A DNA stretch of 64,000 bases from Octopus bimaculoides (taxonomy: Eukaryota). A program made the translations under genes and the position numbers. The notes beneath the pieces were generated by a model. It saw only the letters and a list, made by a program, of their open reading frames with translations. It ran no database searches and was not told the origin of the DNA. Below, in pieces: positions 25,476-37,187 of this stretch. Location: contig NC_069005.1 of assembly GCF_001194135.2 (NCBI RefSeq), positions 30,217,133 to 30,281,132 of the forward strand, written 5' to 3'. How positions within the stretch are numbered: the stretch's first letter is position 1; the number at the start of each line of letters is the position of its first letter.

Positions 25476-26678
25476 CCTTTCTACTATGGGTACAAGGCCT
25501 GAAATTTTAGCGGGTGGAGGGTTTGTTAATTAAATTGACCCTAGTTTTTTTTTTTTACTGGTATTTTATTTTATCGACCCCAGAAGGATGAAAAGCAAAG
25601 TTAACCCCGGCGTATTTGAACTCAGAACGTATTTTGTCAAATAATTGTGGTTTCTAAAATGCGTGGAATATTTGGAGGGCGGGAGCTCGTTGATTCACAC
25701 CCGACTCCGGAAATGATGAAAGGCAGCGTTGACCTCGGTAGGAATTGAACTCAGAACGTAATGGGTTGCAACCGAATTTTGCCTAATTAAAGCTTACCGT
25801 CCATTAAATCAACCCTAGCTTATTGCTGTTATTGTTTTGTTTAGCCCCAGGTGAACTCCGATCCAGAATCCCTACGACCACAAACCTTCCACCCGTGACC
25901 TTCCCGTTGAAGCTCCCTCATTAGTTTGTGTCTGTTGAAGTTGTTTAGCTCCCAGGCCAGTTCTGATTGAGCAGAATTATAATCAAAGGCGTTCCGGCCG
26001 TGAGCATCCTGTGAAAGGTTCCTGTTTTCATTTTGGTACATCGTCGTCGTCATCATCATCATCATCATTTAACGTCCGTTTTCCTTGCTGGCATGGGTTG
26101 GACGGTTTGACAAGAGCTGGCAAGCTGGGGAGTTGCTCAGGCTCGTTTAGTTGCGACATAATCAATTGGTGTTATTGGGATGAAAAGAACTGTTGATTTT
26201 CGTGTGGCTTGAATTCAGCAGCTCTAAGCACTGCCAGGCATTTCTGTTTTCTTTGCTTCACCGTTTCTGTCAAGTTGCTGCCCTCATGTGAGCACAAGAT
26301 CTGAAATTAGTCAAAAGTGGGTCACAATAACAATAATCACAATGACACCACCACTATAACAACCTGGTCTCTATCTGTGTCTTTTCTTTTTCCTTTGTAC
26401 TTTTTGAGTCTGGAGGAAGAGTCACTCTCATGACAATCACCGACCCTCCCAGACTAGTGAGATTAATGCCCTGTCCCTTTTGAAGCTTTCTAATTCAACT
26501 CAACTCATCTCATTTCAATCAGGGCTTCATTAATCCTGAAGGAGGGATCCTTCACTGGACTTCTTTCACTACTGTTTGTTTCTGGCCAGCCATGGCCATG
26601 TAGGCTCCAGATAGTGGGTGAGGTCATCTTGCTGTCTTTGTCTTGGTTGGTCTCTTGGTCTTGTCCATTGTCTATTAT

Positions 26679-26722
<44 letters not shown>

Positions 26723-26752
26723 AATATATATATACATATATATTATCATTAT

Positions 26753-26794
<42 letters not shown>

Positions 26795-26863
26795 ATTATT
26801 GATATATTATTGATATATATATATACATACATACAACATTGCTTTCTTCTTTATTTTTGCTAG

Positions 26864-26986
26864 AAAACTGGTTTTTCCAAACTTTATGAATGGCAAAGAA
26901 ACCAGGAACAACGACCAGAGTTTGTTTTACATGATGGACCTCCATATGCCAATGGATTACTACATGTTGGGCATGCTGTCAACAAG
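26864..26986 (+). CDS. IARS2: IARS2 exon 2 (HIGH motif)
   Basis: tag|[11 protein letters not shown]...[22 protein letters not shown]|gtaact. Confidence 0.97.
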
Positions 26987-27098
26987 GTAACTAAAGCAGT
27001 AAATATATTCTTTCTCTTTCATATCTATCTGTCTGTCTGTCTATCAATCTGCCTGTCTGTCTATCTATCTCTTTATCTATATCAGTGTAGGCACATAT

Positions 27099-27790
27099 GT
27101 GGTTGACTGTGTGGTTAAGAAGCTTGCTTCCTAACCGTGTAGTCTTGGGTTCAGTTCCACTGTGTGGTACCATGGACAAGTGTCCTCTGCTATAGTCACG
27201 GGCCAACCAAAGCCCTTATAAGCAGACTTGGAAACTGAAAGAAGCTCATCATACATATGTAATGTATGTATATGTGAGTGCGTGTGCATGTATGTATATA
27301 TCTTTGTCTTGACATCATTTGATGGTTTGCAATGAGTTTCACTATCATTCGGGTGGTGTTGTGTGTTTTCAGTCTTCCATGAAAAACATGTCTAGTCATG
27401 CAGAAATATTGCCTTGCTTGGAAGCAGGTGATGGTTGGTGACAAGAAGGGCATCTGACTGGAGAAAATCTACCTCCACAAATTCTATCTGACCCACACAA
27501 GCATGTATTCATATGTATGCATATGTATGTGTGTGTGTGTGTATGTGTGTGTGAGTATCTCTTTGCCTTGACATCACATGGTAGTTGTAAACAAGTTTCA
27601 CTGTCATCCAAGTGGTGTCATTTGTTTCCAATCTTGTGTGGAAACACGTCTGGTTATGGAGAAATATTACCTGAGTTGGAAATGACTGAGGGTTGGTAAC
27701 AGGAAGGGTATCCAGCTGTAGGAAATTTGCCTCGACAAATTCTGTCCAACCCATCCCAGCGTGGAAAAGTGAATGTTAAAAACGATGTTG
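27099..27790 (+). mobile_element. tRNA-derived SINE with an RTE-like 3' tail, plus a tandem partial duplicate of its 3' half (IARS2 intron 2)
   Basis: Same head as the 16612 and 19425 copies, but the tail ends ggaagggcatctgactggagaaaatctacctcc; the 3' half repeats at ~27530-27790. Confidence 0.7.
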
Positions 27791-27840
27791 GCTTTTGCCT
27801 GTGGTTTTCAAGATAGTTTCGGTTTTTATTTATTGAACAG

Positions 27841-28000
27841 ATTTTAAAAGATATTGTGAACCGCCACAAACTGCTAGAAGGGTACAGAATTGGATATCGC
27901 CCAGGTTGGGACTGCCATGGATTGCCCATTGAACTGAAAGCCATCAAGCAGAAAGACAATGCAGTGAATGATCTTCGTCCATTGACCATCAGAGATCGAG
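27841..28000 (+). CDS. IARS2: IARS2 exon 3
   Basis: cag|[34 protein letters not shown]...IRDR g|gtaagg. Confidence 0.97.
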
Positions 28001-28831
28001 GTAAGGTCTTTTGTTTTTTTTTTTTCCTTCTTCAGAGTGTGTTGTTGTTGTGTAACTCGCAATCACTCCACACACTCATATGCATCCACATAGTTATTTG
28101 TATGCACACATTCGCATACACATATACACGCCCGTTCACTTTCACACACACACACACACATTCACTTATATACACATATAGATGCATGTAGTCATGTAGT
28201 CATTCACGCACACACACATTGTTGTATGTAGTCATTCACACACACACATACACACACACTTGCGCACATACACATAACTGTTATGTACAATCACACCACA
28301 GAACTCACACACACTTAAACTCAAAGGCATTCTGGCCAGGCCCATCCTTCCATTTAACGCATACCTAAGACTATTTTATCCAACAAAGCACAACAGCATA
28401 TTTTGAGGTGGGGAATTGCTATTTCCAGCTAATTAAGCAACCACATAAAATTTCCCATGTTGTTTCATCACCATTTAATGTCTGTTTTCCATGCTGGAAT
28501 GGGTTCGGCAGTTTGGCAGGGTCCAGCGAGTCAGAAGACTGCTCCAAGTTCTGCTGTCTGTTTTGGCATGGTTTCTACTGCTGGATGCCCTTCGTAATGC
28601 CAACCACTTTACAGAGGGTACTGGGTGCTTTTTTTTTTATGTGGCACCAGCAGCAGTGGTGTCCCCAAGTAATTTGCAAGACAAGACAAGATCCTCCTTT
28701 ACTGAGTGGGGAGTAGTATTGGGGACAGTAGAGGAGAAACATGATTACCTTTGGGAGAGAAAGAGAGAGAGAGGTGAATATATTAGTGAAGTTGTCTCAT
28801 GATGTATTATATTTCCTGGTTGTTCTTGCAG

Positions 28832-28980
28832 CTCGAAAGTTTGCAAAAGGAGCCATCAAGCAACAAAAGGCCACATTCAAAAGGTGGGGTATTTTAGGGG
28901 ACTGGAACACACCTTATTTGACCATGGACCCAAAATATTCCAGCTGTCAGCTCAATGTTTTTTACAGTCTCTATAAGAAG
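28832..28980 (+). CDS. IARS2: IARS2 exon 4
   Basis: cag|ARKFAKGAIKQQKATFKRWGILGDWNTPYLTMDPKY...YKK|gtaagt. Confidence 0.97.
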
Positions 28981-29533
28981 GTAAGTGATCAATGAGCATT
29001 GTATCGTTTATCTTTTCCTTTTTTTTTTCATTCGTTGGGCAGTGGCCATGCTGGGGCACTACCTTGAAGGGTTTGATCCAACAAATCGATCCCAGTACTT
29101 TTTTATTTATTTTTTTAAAGCCTGGTACTTATTCTTTTGGTCTGTTTTGCCAAACTGCTAAGTTATGGGGACATAAACAAACCGACACTGGTTGTCAGGC
29201 AGTGGGGGACGTGGACAAACACAAAGACACACCACGTGGCAGTACGACCGCACCAGACGCTACTGCTCGGCAGACTGAGGGTTGTATCAAGTGGCTTCTA
29301 GCACCGAAAGCCTAAAATGCAATGGGCTTGTCCCACAGACGATGTTTCCGGTTACTTTTGGGTACCTCTTTGTATATAATACATATATAATGCAGAAACA
29401 CTCTGCAGACTGTAATAGTCAATAAAATAAAAATAAAATTTTAAAATTCATTCTTTCTCTGTGTTGTGGTACCGAATCACTCATGGACTGGTGCTGGTCT
29501 CTGGCCCGGTGATTGGGGGAGGGGGCTCCTGCC

Positions 29534-29764
29534 TTTACCCTTTAACATTCAGATTACTCTGTCAAATGTCATGTTTATTTATCCACATTCCTTTTGAATT
29601 AATTCTGCCTTATCTCATAGTTTCAAGATTCCAACGAGGTGATTGTTTATTTTTAGAATGACATTGTAGGGTAGGTGCGAGAGGATGAATCTGGCCAGTT
29701 TGATCAAAAGTAGGTAGAATATACTAGTGCTGAATATGGCAGATTAAAATTCTAAGGGGATTAA
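29534..29764. mobile_element. piggyBac-like MITE (copy 2 of 3)
   Basis: tttaccctttaacatt...ttctaaggggaTTAA; homologous to the 5930 and 51353 copies. Confidence 0.6.
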
Positions 29765-29954
29765 GAAATGTCCATTCACAAAGAAAAATTTCAAAATGTC
29801 AACTATTTTAATTTTATTTATTTCATTTTTAAATTCTTTGCTTATTTTTTTCACCTCTGACTTTGCAAAAAAAAAAAAAATTAATAAAAAAAAACCCCCT
29901 AAGAAAACTAAAACCTATTCATGTTTTTCTTTTTAATCCTAATTTTACTTGCAG

Positions 29955-30004
29955 GGTTTAATTTACCAAGATTTTATGCCAGTATACTGGTCTCCATCAT
30001 CAAG
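29955..30004 (+). CDS. IARS2: IARS2 exon 5
   Basis: cag|GLIYQDFMPVYWSPSS ag|gtaatc. Confidence 0.95.
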
Positions 30005-30392
30005 GTAATCATCTTTTTTATTAACTATATTTCATTTTCTTTTACTGGTTCCAGCAAATTTGGCAGTGGCCATGCTAGAGCACCATAAGTACCACCACAA
30101 CCACCCGTCACCCAGCTTTCAATGGTTCTTCACTGCCAAAGCTGTGTATAGACCAATGCTTTGCCATATGCGTGTAGCAAGAATATATTTCTCTGATTTT
30201 TTTTTTGTTTGTATTATTTGTAGATTAAAGTTAAACATCGATTGTTTATATCGGTGGTTCTCATTCTTTTACCTGTGGACCCCTTTGATCCCTTTTTTAC
30301 TCAGGTGGACCCCATAGGCATTTGATGTTTAAAAAATCTTATTGAATTTTTAAAATTAAACATGCAAAGTGGTTGAGTTCTTTTCGAGTGTT

Positions 30393-30754
30393 GGTCCTCA
30401 TGGAGGCAATGGCCAAGACCTTTGGCATTATGTCGTGCTTGAGAAGACGCCCCATCAAGCCGAGCAAAATCACAGTCATGGCAGACACTGGTGTCATGCA
30501 AATTGACACCCATGCTGATGGCACATAAACGCACTCTGGTGTCACGTAAATGGCACCTGTGCCGGTGGCATGTAAAAACACCCATAACACTCTCAGAGTG
30601 GTTAGTGTTAGGAAGGGCATCCAGCCATAGAAAACCATGCCAAATCGGACTGGAGTCTGGTGCAGCCTTCCAGTGTGCCAACCCAGTCAAACCATCCAAC
30701 CCATGCCAGCCTGGACAACGGACGCTAAATGATGATGATGATGATGATGATGAT
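30393..30754 (+). mobile_element. RTE-LINE 3' end: ORF C-terminus, 3' UTR and (GAT)n tail
   Basis: Translates ..QDLWHYVVLEKTPHQAEQ (RTE RT C-terminal pattern RDLWR.AVLEKT), runs into the abundant ggaagggcatccagc UTR motif and ends in (gat)n. This links all such copies to an RTE LINE. Confidence 0.8.
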
Positions 30755-31041
30755 AATGGTTAATTGGAATTGTATTAAAAAATTGTTAGCATAGTTTGAT
30801 CTACAAGGGAGATTTTAGAAATTGAAAATAAACTAAAAAGTAACTTAAAGTAATCTCCCTTGTAGATCACACGCCAAAGCAGCACCTACAAATACACACA
30901 CATATAAATACACAACCACCCCTCCACACACACACACACAGATAATAAATACATACATTCACATGAGTACGGAAACAAATGAGCCAAATCGTTAAATCGT
31001 TTGATCGCTGGAATCTCTCACCTTTCTGTTTAACTTTCCAG

Positions 31042-31154
31042 GACAGCACTTGCCGAGTCTGAGCTTATTTATAACACCAAACATGTCAGCCAGTCACTAT
31101 GGCTGACATTTGATGCTCTAACGATTCCAGAGGGTTTAGTACAACTGAGTGAAG
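31042..31154 (+). CDS. IARS2: IARS2 exon 6
   Basis: cag|(R)TALAESELIYNTKHVSQSLWLTF...LSE g|gtatgg. Confidence 0.95.
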
Positions 31155-31296
31155 GTATGGAATTTCATTAATGTCTTCTTCTTCTTGCCATCGCTTCCAC
31201 TAAAAATGTTGTCTACTTTGAAATTAAATTTTGATATATTATACATACATATATATGTGTGTGTGTGTGTGTGTGTGTATGTTTACATGTATATGT

Positions 31297-31572
31297 GTCA
31301 TCATCATCATCATCATCGTTTAACGTCCGCTTTCCATGCTAGCATGGGTTGGACGATTTGACTGAGGACTGGTGAAACCGGATGGCAACACCAGGCTCCA
31401 GTCTGATTTGGCAGAGTTTCTACAGCTGGATGCCCTTCCTAACGCCAACCACTCAGAGAGTGTAGTGGGTGCTTTTACGTTCCCACTACACTCTCTGAGT
31501 GGTTGGCGTTAGGAAGGGCATCCAGCTGTAGAAACTCTGCCAAATCAGACTGGAGCCTGGTGTTGCCATCCG
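31297..31572. repeat. RTE 3'-end copy folded into a perfect 91-bp inverted repeat (IARS2 intron 6)
   Basis: 31379-31469 is the exact reverse complement of 31482-31572, with a 12-nt loop. Confidence 0.85.
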
Positions 31573-31769
31573 TGTGTGTGTATATATATATATGTATATG
31601 TAATCATCATCATCATCACCATCATATAACATCCTCCCTCCATGGCTTTCATCCTTTTAAGGTTGATAAAATATGTACCACTCCAGTACTGAGGTCAGTG
31701 CAATTGACTGGCTTTCTCCCTGCAAATTTCAGACCTTGTGTCTGTAGTAGAGGGAAAAACTGTTATTAT

Positions 31770-32345
31770 TATTATTGTTATTGAGTGAGAGAACAACACC
31801 TGCCATCAAAGTGACACTGGGGTACAAATATACAAAGCCCAATATACCCATCATGACTACCCGTCTGATGAGGGTACGCCAGGCACATGCATCAAAACCA
31901 TATGTGTGTGACATGGTGATCTCATATCAGGATAAACAGTGCATGACCTTGCAGGTGGGGCCCAGTTAGAATTTTCATCAGGTCGAGTAGCTCATCCCAC
32001 TCAAACGGTCCCTGAATAAAGTTTGTTTAAGGATGTTGAACAAAACATCCATATTTCCAGAGGTGAATTATTCAAACCTCAAAGAATTCCTCTCAATACA
32101 TGGCTATGATTCTCCTCCACTACTTCTACTCGTGATCAGAGATGCACATGTCATCAGCCACTGAGGGACATGCTCAACTGGTTAAGGTCAAACAACTGAC
32201 AAGCAAATCTGTGGTATTGAGCAGAATATTTGCTGTAGACCATCTTTTATACCAAGATAAAACAATGTACATGATAACACTTCCAATCAGTTAAGATCAG
32301 AAGCCATGAGAGCCACTGCCTGGCACTGCACCAAGGCATTTTATT
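31770..32345 (-). mobile_element. ~570-bp retroposon 3' fragment with (TAA)n tail; a second copy lies at 35262-35705
   Basis: Colinear high similarity between 31915-32345 and 35262-35705; minus-strand end is followed by a taa/taataa tail. Confidence 0.7.
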
Positions 32346-32399
32346 ATTATTATAAATTATTGATAAATATACATATCATTATTAAAGCGGTTCAATTAG

Positions 32400-32620
32400 G
32401 GTGGTGACCTGGTAGAATCGTTAGCACACCAGGCAAAATGCTTAGTGGTATTTCGTCCATCTTTACATTCTGAGTTCAAATTCTGCTGAGGTCGACTTTG
32501 CCTTTCATCCTTTCAGGGTCGATTAAATCAGTACCAGTTACGCACTGGGGTCAAAGTAATCGACTTAATCCCTTCCCCTAAATTTGAGTCCTTGTGCTTC
32601 CAGTAGAAAGGATTATTAAA
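32400..32620 (+). mobile_element. tRNA-derived SINE with a gcctttcatcctttcggggtcgat central domain (Meta/MESC-like)
   Basis: ggtagaatcgttagcacacc...gagttcaaattctgctgaggtcgactttgcctttcatcctttcagggtcgattaaatcagtaccag. More than 15 related fragments occur in the window. The domain name is inferred. Confidence 0.7.
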
Positions 32621-32670
32621 CAGGTTCAACAGCGATAGCTTTTCATGTTTATATATTTCTGTTTTTTAAG

Positions 32671-32767
32671 GCAAAATACTGAAAAAACCTGTTAAATTAT
32701 TTGTTTGGACCACCACACCATGGACGATTCCAGCCAACCAAGCAATTTGTTTTGGCGCTGACATTAA
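32671..32767 (+). CDS. IARS2: IARS2 exon 7 (CP1 Thr-rich peptide)
   Basis: aag|[32 protein letters not shown] aa|gtaagt. Confidence 0.95.
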
Positions 32768-32920
32768 GTAAGTTATCACCAGAGTTTTTTTCACATCGTC
32801 AACTGCAGTTCAAACTGGAATTTTAGTCACATACTAATTTGAGCACTCAGATCACATGTCTATTAGTTTGAGTCACCCTGTAGAAAAGAAACAAACTCCT
32901 CATATCTTATATTTATATCA

Positions 32921-33200
32921 TCATCATCGTTGTTTAATGTCCGCTTTCCATGCTGGCATGGGTTGGACGGTTTGACTGAGGACTGGTGAACCAGAAGGCT
33001 GCACCAGGCTCCGGTCTGATCTGGCAAAGTTTCTACAGCTGGATGCCCTTCCTAACACCAACCACTCTGAGAGTGTAGTGTGTGCTTTTACGTGCCACTG
33101 GCACAAGGGCCAGTCAGGCGGTACTGGCAACAACCACACTCGAATGGTGTTTTTTACATGCTACCTGCACAGCTGCCAGTAAGGTGACGCTGGCAATGAT
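32921..33200 (-). mobile_element. RTE-LINE 3' end
   Basis: Family motif and (cat)n on the + strand. Confidence 0.8.
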
Positions 33201-33384
33201 CACACATACTTTCACCTTATACACACTACTCCTACACCCACACACATACATAGGGTTGGATTAGCCAGAGCTAGCTACTAGTGTAAGAGAATGGGTGCAT
33301 ATTTGAATTAATCATCAATGCTGCTGCTGCTACTGCTACTACTACTTCTACTACTAAGCTGTAACTGTCTTTCGTGTTTGTCAG

Positions 33385-33494
33385 GTACTGCTGTGTGGAA
33401 ACTGCAGACACCATGTACATATGTTGCGAGGAATTTGTCCCAACTCTTAAAGACATACTGGCGTCGCCCACTGAGGTAACACTGACATTTGAAG
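33385..33494 (+). CDS. IARS2: IARS2 exon 8
   Basis: cag|(K)YCCVETADTMYICCEEFVPTLKDILASPTEVTLTFE g|gtgagt; phase-consistent with both neighbours. Confidence 0.88.
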
Positions 33495-33693
33495 GTGAGT
33501 TTCTCTCTCTCTCAGTCTCTTGCAAGTCGTCTTGTTGCATACACCAACACACACACACACAGGCATACATACACGACACATTCACACACACACACACATA
33601 CACTGATGCATACACACTGACACACACAAGCACTCGCACATGCACACTCATGCATATACATGCACTGACACAAACGTTGACATTCACTAAGGA

Positions 33694-34037
33694 GACAACA
33701 AAACATCCAGATAGACGATACAAGGAAACAAGGTTGGATCATTCGGAGTTTTCTTTCCTCAGTCGAGTTCCAGATTATCTTTGCAATTTCCACTGGTTAT
33801 ACTCTAGATTGCTCCAATCTGGCCAGCCCCAAGGAAAAACTAAGCTAAGAGCATTGGTTTCTTCCAAGGAATCTAATGCTCTTAGCTTAGTTTTTCCTTG
33901 GGGCTGGCCAGATTGGAGCAATCTCGAGTATAACCAGCCGAAATTGCAAAGATAATCTGGAACTTGACTGAGGAAAGAAAACTCCGAATGACCCAACCTT
34001 GTTTTCTTTGAATCGTCTATCTGGATGTTTTGTTGTC
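33694..34037. repeat. Fold-back (palindromic) element with ~170-bp arms and essentially no spacer (IARS2 intron 8)
   Basis: Arms are mirror copies centred at 33865 with scattered mismatches and one indel. The ORF track shows near-identical peptides on both strands. Confidence 0.92.
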
Positions 34038-34483
34038 CCTTTCTTGAATGACCTAACTGTCTGGATGTTTTGCGTTCTTGTCCCATTTTATATATATATA
34101 TATATATAGCGGCGTACGTACAGTTTGGTCTCTTATATGTAAGTATATATATGTGAGTTTGAGCAGCAAACGACCATGTTATGTGTTCCAAGCACTTCTC
34201 TGCTTACTAAGTAAAAAATGCACATGGTCAGATGCTGCTGTATACGAACTTCAAAAAGCTAGTTAGATGACTCTTCAGTTTCAAATAAATTCCATCAACT
34301 GAGATAAAATCCACCCAAAAGAGAAGTGTTTCTTCATATTATGAACCCTTGGGAAGCTGAAAGGCAATGTTGTATGTGACAGGGTGACTGTATTTGACTA
34401 CTACTACTCCTACTCCTACCATGACCACCACCACCACCACTACTGTTGTTGTAATTAATGCTGTTTTTGTTGTTCAAAACCAG

Positions 34484-34650
34484 GTTCGAAGCTGTTGTCG
34501 ATGACATACTGCCACCCACTCAACAACGAAGAACTGCCAGTATACTCAGCCAGTCATGTGACATCAACAAAGGGAACCGGCCTCGTCCATACAGCCCCAG
34601 CCCATGGACATGAGGACTTCCATCTTGCTATTGACCATGGACTATCTGTT
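34484..34650 (+). CDS. IARS2: IARS2 exon 9 (CP1 GTG motif and editing Asp)
   Basis: cag|GSKLLSMTYCHPL...HVTSTKGTGLVHTAPAHGHEDF...GLSV|gtaagt. Confidence 0.97.
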
Positions 34651-34689
34651 GTAAGTACTGATGGGAAATTTATCAACTGACCGACCACA

Positions 34690-34935
34690 TATGGTCACTG
34701 TCTTGCAAACATAACACACAATTGCACATGGTCACACATGGTCACCCTGTCACACACAGTCACACTTCATCATTCTATCACACAGTCACACACGGTCACT
34801 CTGTCACACAGGCAAACCTGCTCACCCTGTCACACAAGCCATGCATGGTCACCCTGTTACACACAGTTGCACTTCATTCTGTCACACAGTCATACATGGT
34901 CAGCTTGTCACACAATCACATATGGTCACCTTGTC
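34690..34935. repeat. Degenerate ~24-bp minisatellite (catggtcaccctgtcacacagtca), intron 9
   Basis: Repeated ggtcac/gtcacac units. Confidence 0.75.
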
Positions 34936-35061
34936 ACATTATTGTCGTTCATTGTACTGTAAATAAGCATTGTTCATTGTAGTGTAAATTAACGCTGTTC
35001 ATCATACATCCAACACCTGGTTGCTGATACTCTATTTCCATCTTTAAATTCTTCTTTTCAG

Positions 35062-35152
35062 AAATCATTAATCAGGGAAGATGGCAGCTATTCACCAGAA
35101 GCAGGCCCTCAACTTGCTAACAAGGTCGTAGGGAAAGATGCCAATGAAACTG
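35062..35152 (+). CDS. IARS2: IARS2 exon 10
   Basis: cag|KSLIREDGSYSPEAGPQLANKVVGKDANET g|gtgtgt. Confidence 0.92.
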
Positions 35153-36018
35153 GTGTGTATACTATTGTATTTTCCACACTCTTTACATGTCAGTTTTGGG
35201 TAAAAGAAAATACAGGAGGATCAGTTAATTATGATTTTATTCAATGTATTCCCCTCTCAAAAGGGAATACATGGTGATCTTATATCAAGATAAATAGTGC
35301 ATGACCTTGCAGGTGGAGGCACAGTTTGAATTTTCTTCGGGTCAAGTAGCCCATCCCACTCAAAAGGTCTCTGAATAAGGGTTGCTTAAGGATGATGAAC
35401 GAAGCACCCATGTTTTCAGAGGGGAATTATTCAAACCCCAAAGAATTCCTATGATGCTATGATGCTCCCTCACTACTTCTGCTCATGATCAGAGATGCAC
35501 ATATCATCAGCTACTAAGGGAGATGCTCGTCTGGTTATGGTCAAGCAACTGACAAGCAAATCTGTGGTATTGAGCAGAGTATTTGCTGTAGCCCATCTTT
35601 TTATACCAAGACAAAACATGTACATGATAACACTTCCAATCAGTTGACATCAGAAGCCATGAGAGCCAGTGCCTGGCTCTGTATCAAGGCATTTATAATT
35701 ATTATCACTAATTCTAAATGCTAATTAGCAACAGCAGCAGCAGCATGCCTGACAAAATGCTTCATGGCATTTCTTCAGGCTCTCTTTGTTCAAATTCTGC
35801 TGAAGTCAGCATTGCCTTTCATCCTTTCGTGGTTGGGGAAAACAAGTACCAGTCAAGTACTGGGGTCGATGNNNNNNNNNNNNNNNNNNNNNNNNNNNNN
35901 NNNNNNNNNNNNNNNNNNNNNNNNNNNNNNNNNNNNNNNNNNNNATGAAATTTCATGTGTTGATTCTAGAAATAATAATTATTGTTGTTATTGTTGTTGT
36001 TGTTCTACTTTGTGTCAG

Positions 36019-36164
36019 TTTTGGAATTACTGGGAGATCATGTGATTAAAGTGGAGGACTTCGCTCACAGTTACCCTTACGATTGGCGCACCAACCAGCC
36101 TGTGATCATACGAGCTAGTCTTCAATGGTTTGTGGACACCAGCTCTGTGAAGGAGACTGCAATT
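36019..36164 (+). CDS. IARS2: IARS2 exon 11
   Basis: cag|VLELLGDHVIKVEDFAHSYPYDWRTNQPVIIRASLQWFVD...TAI|gtaagt. Confidence 0.97.
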
Positions 36165-36197
36165 GTAAGTAGAACTTGATGCATTTAAGGGACAAAG

Positions 36198-36400
36198 GTG
36201 GACTTGTGGGAAGATGATAAGCTTGTGGGAGGTTGGACAGACTTGTGGGAGGTTGAGTGGTCTTGTGGGAAAGTGGATTGTGGGAAGATGATAAGCTTGT
36301 GGGAGGTTGGACAGACTTGTGGGAGGTTGAGTGGGCTTGTGGGAAAGTGGATTGTGGGAGGAGGCTGTGGACTTGTGGACTTGTGGAAAGGTGGTGGGCT
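36198..36400. repeat. G-rich minisatellite (cttgtggga core) with a 74-bp higher-order duplication, intron 11
   Basis: tgtgggaagatgataag starts at 36205 and again at 36279. Confidence 0.85.
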
Positions 36401-36946
36401 TCCTGTCAATGTAATTAATATATTTCAATATAAAACCTTGTTAAATTACTTCTTGTGGTTCTTATCTGACTTTTATCTCCTCACTTTGCTTTTTTCTTTC
36501 TGTTTCTCTCACTTATGCAATTTCTCTCTCTCTTTCTCTCTCTCTCTCATTTTCTCTCTGTCACACCTATATCCACTCTATCACACATGCAATAATTCTC
36601 TCTTTCTCACACATATTTCTGTCTTATTCTCTCTCTCTCTCTCATCTACACTATTCCTCTCTCACTTATCCTCTCCCTCCTATCAACTGTCATTTCTCTT
36701 ACTCACTCCCTCACATTCTCTTATAATAAACTTCTATTCTCTCATTCCTTCCTGTTCCTTCACCCCTCACATCAATTCTCATTTCTGTCACACCCATCCT
36801 CGTCTCTCAATCATTCCTTTCTCTCTCTCTCTCTCAAACACACACACTCCCATACTCATCTTTTCTCTCTCTCTCTCTCCCCCCTCACATACACTTGTCA
36901 CTTACTCACACACTATCCACTTCTCTTTCTCTCTCTCTCTTCACAG

Positions 36947-37107
36947 AAATGTCTCGATTCTGTCAACATCTACCCCAAGTCATCACAGAACAGTATGCTG
37001 TCCCAGCTAGAATCCAGGACTTACTGGTGCATCTCTCGTCAGAGGTCTTGGGGGCTGCCCATTCCTGTCTTTTATTGTCGTTCTACTGGAAAACCCTTCA
37101 TTACAGT
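36947..37107 (+). CDS. IARS2: IARS2 exon 12
   Basis: cag|KCLDSVNIYP...RTYWCISRQRSWGLPIPVFY...FIT gt|gtaatt; phase 2 is required by exon 13. Confidence 0.93.
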
Positions 37108-37153
37108 GTAATTATTTGACTCCAACTTTATTTCTATCATCAGCATCATTATT

Positions 37154-37187
<34 letters not shown>

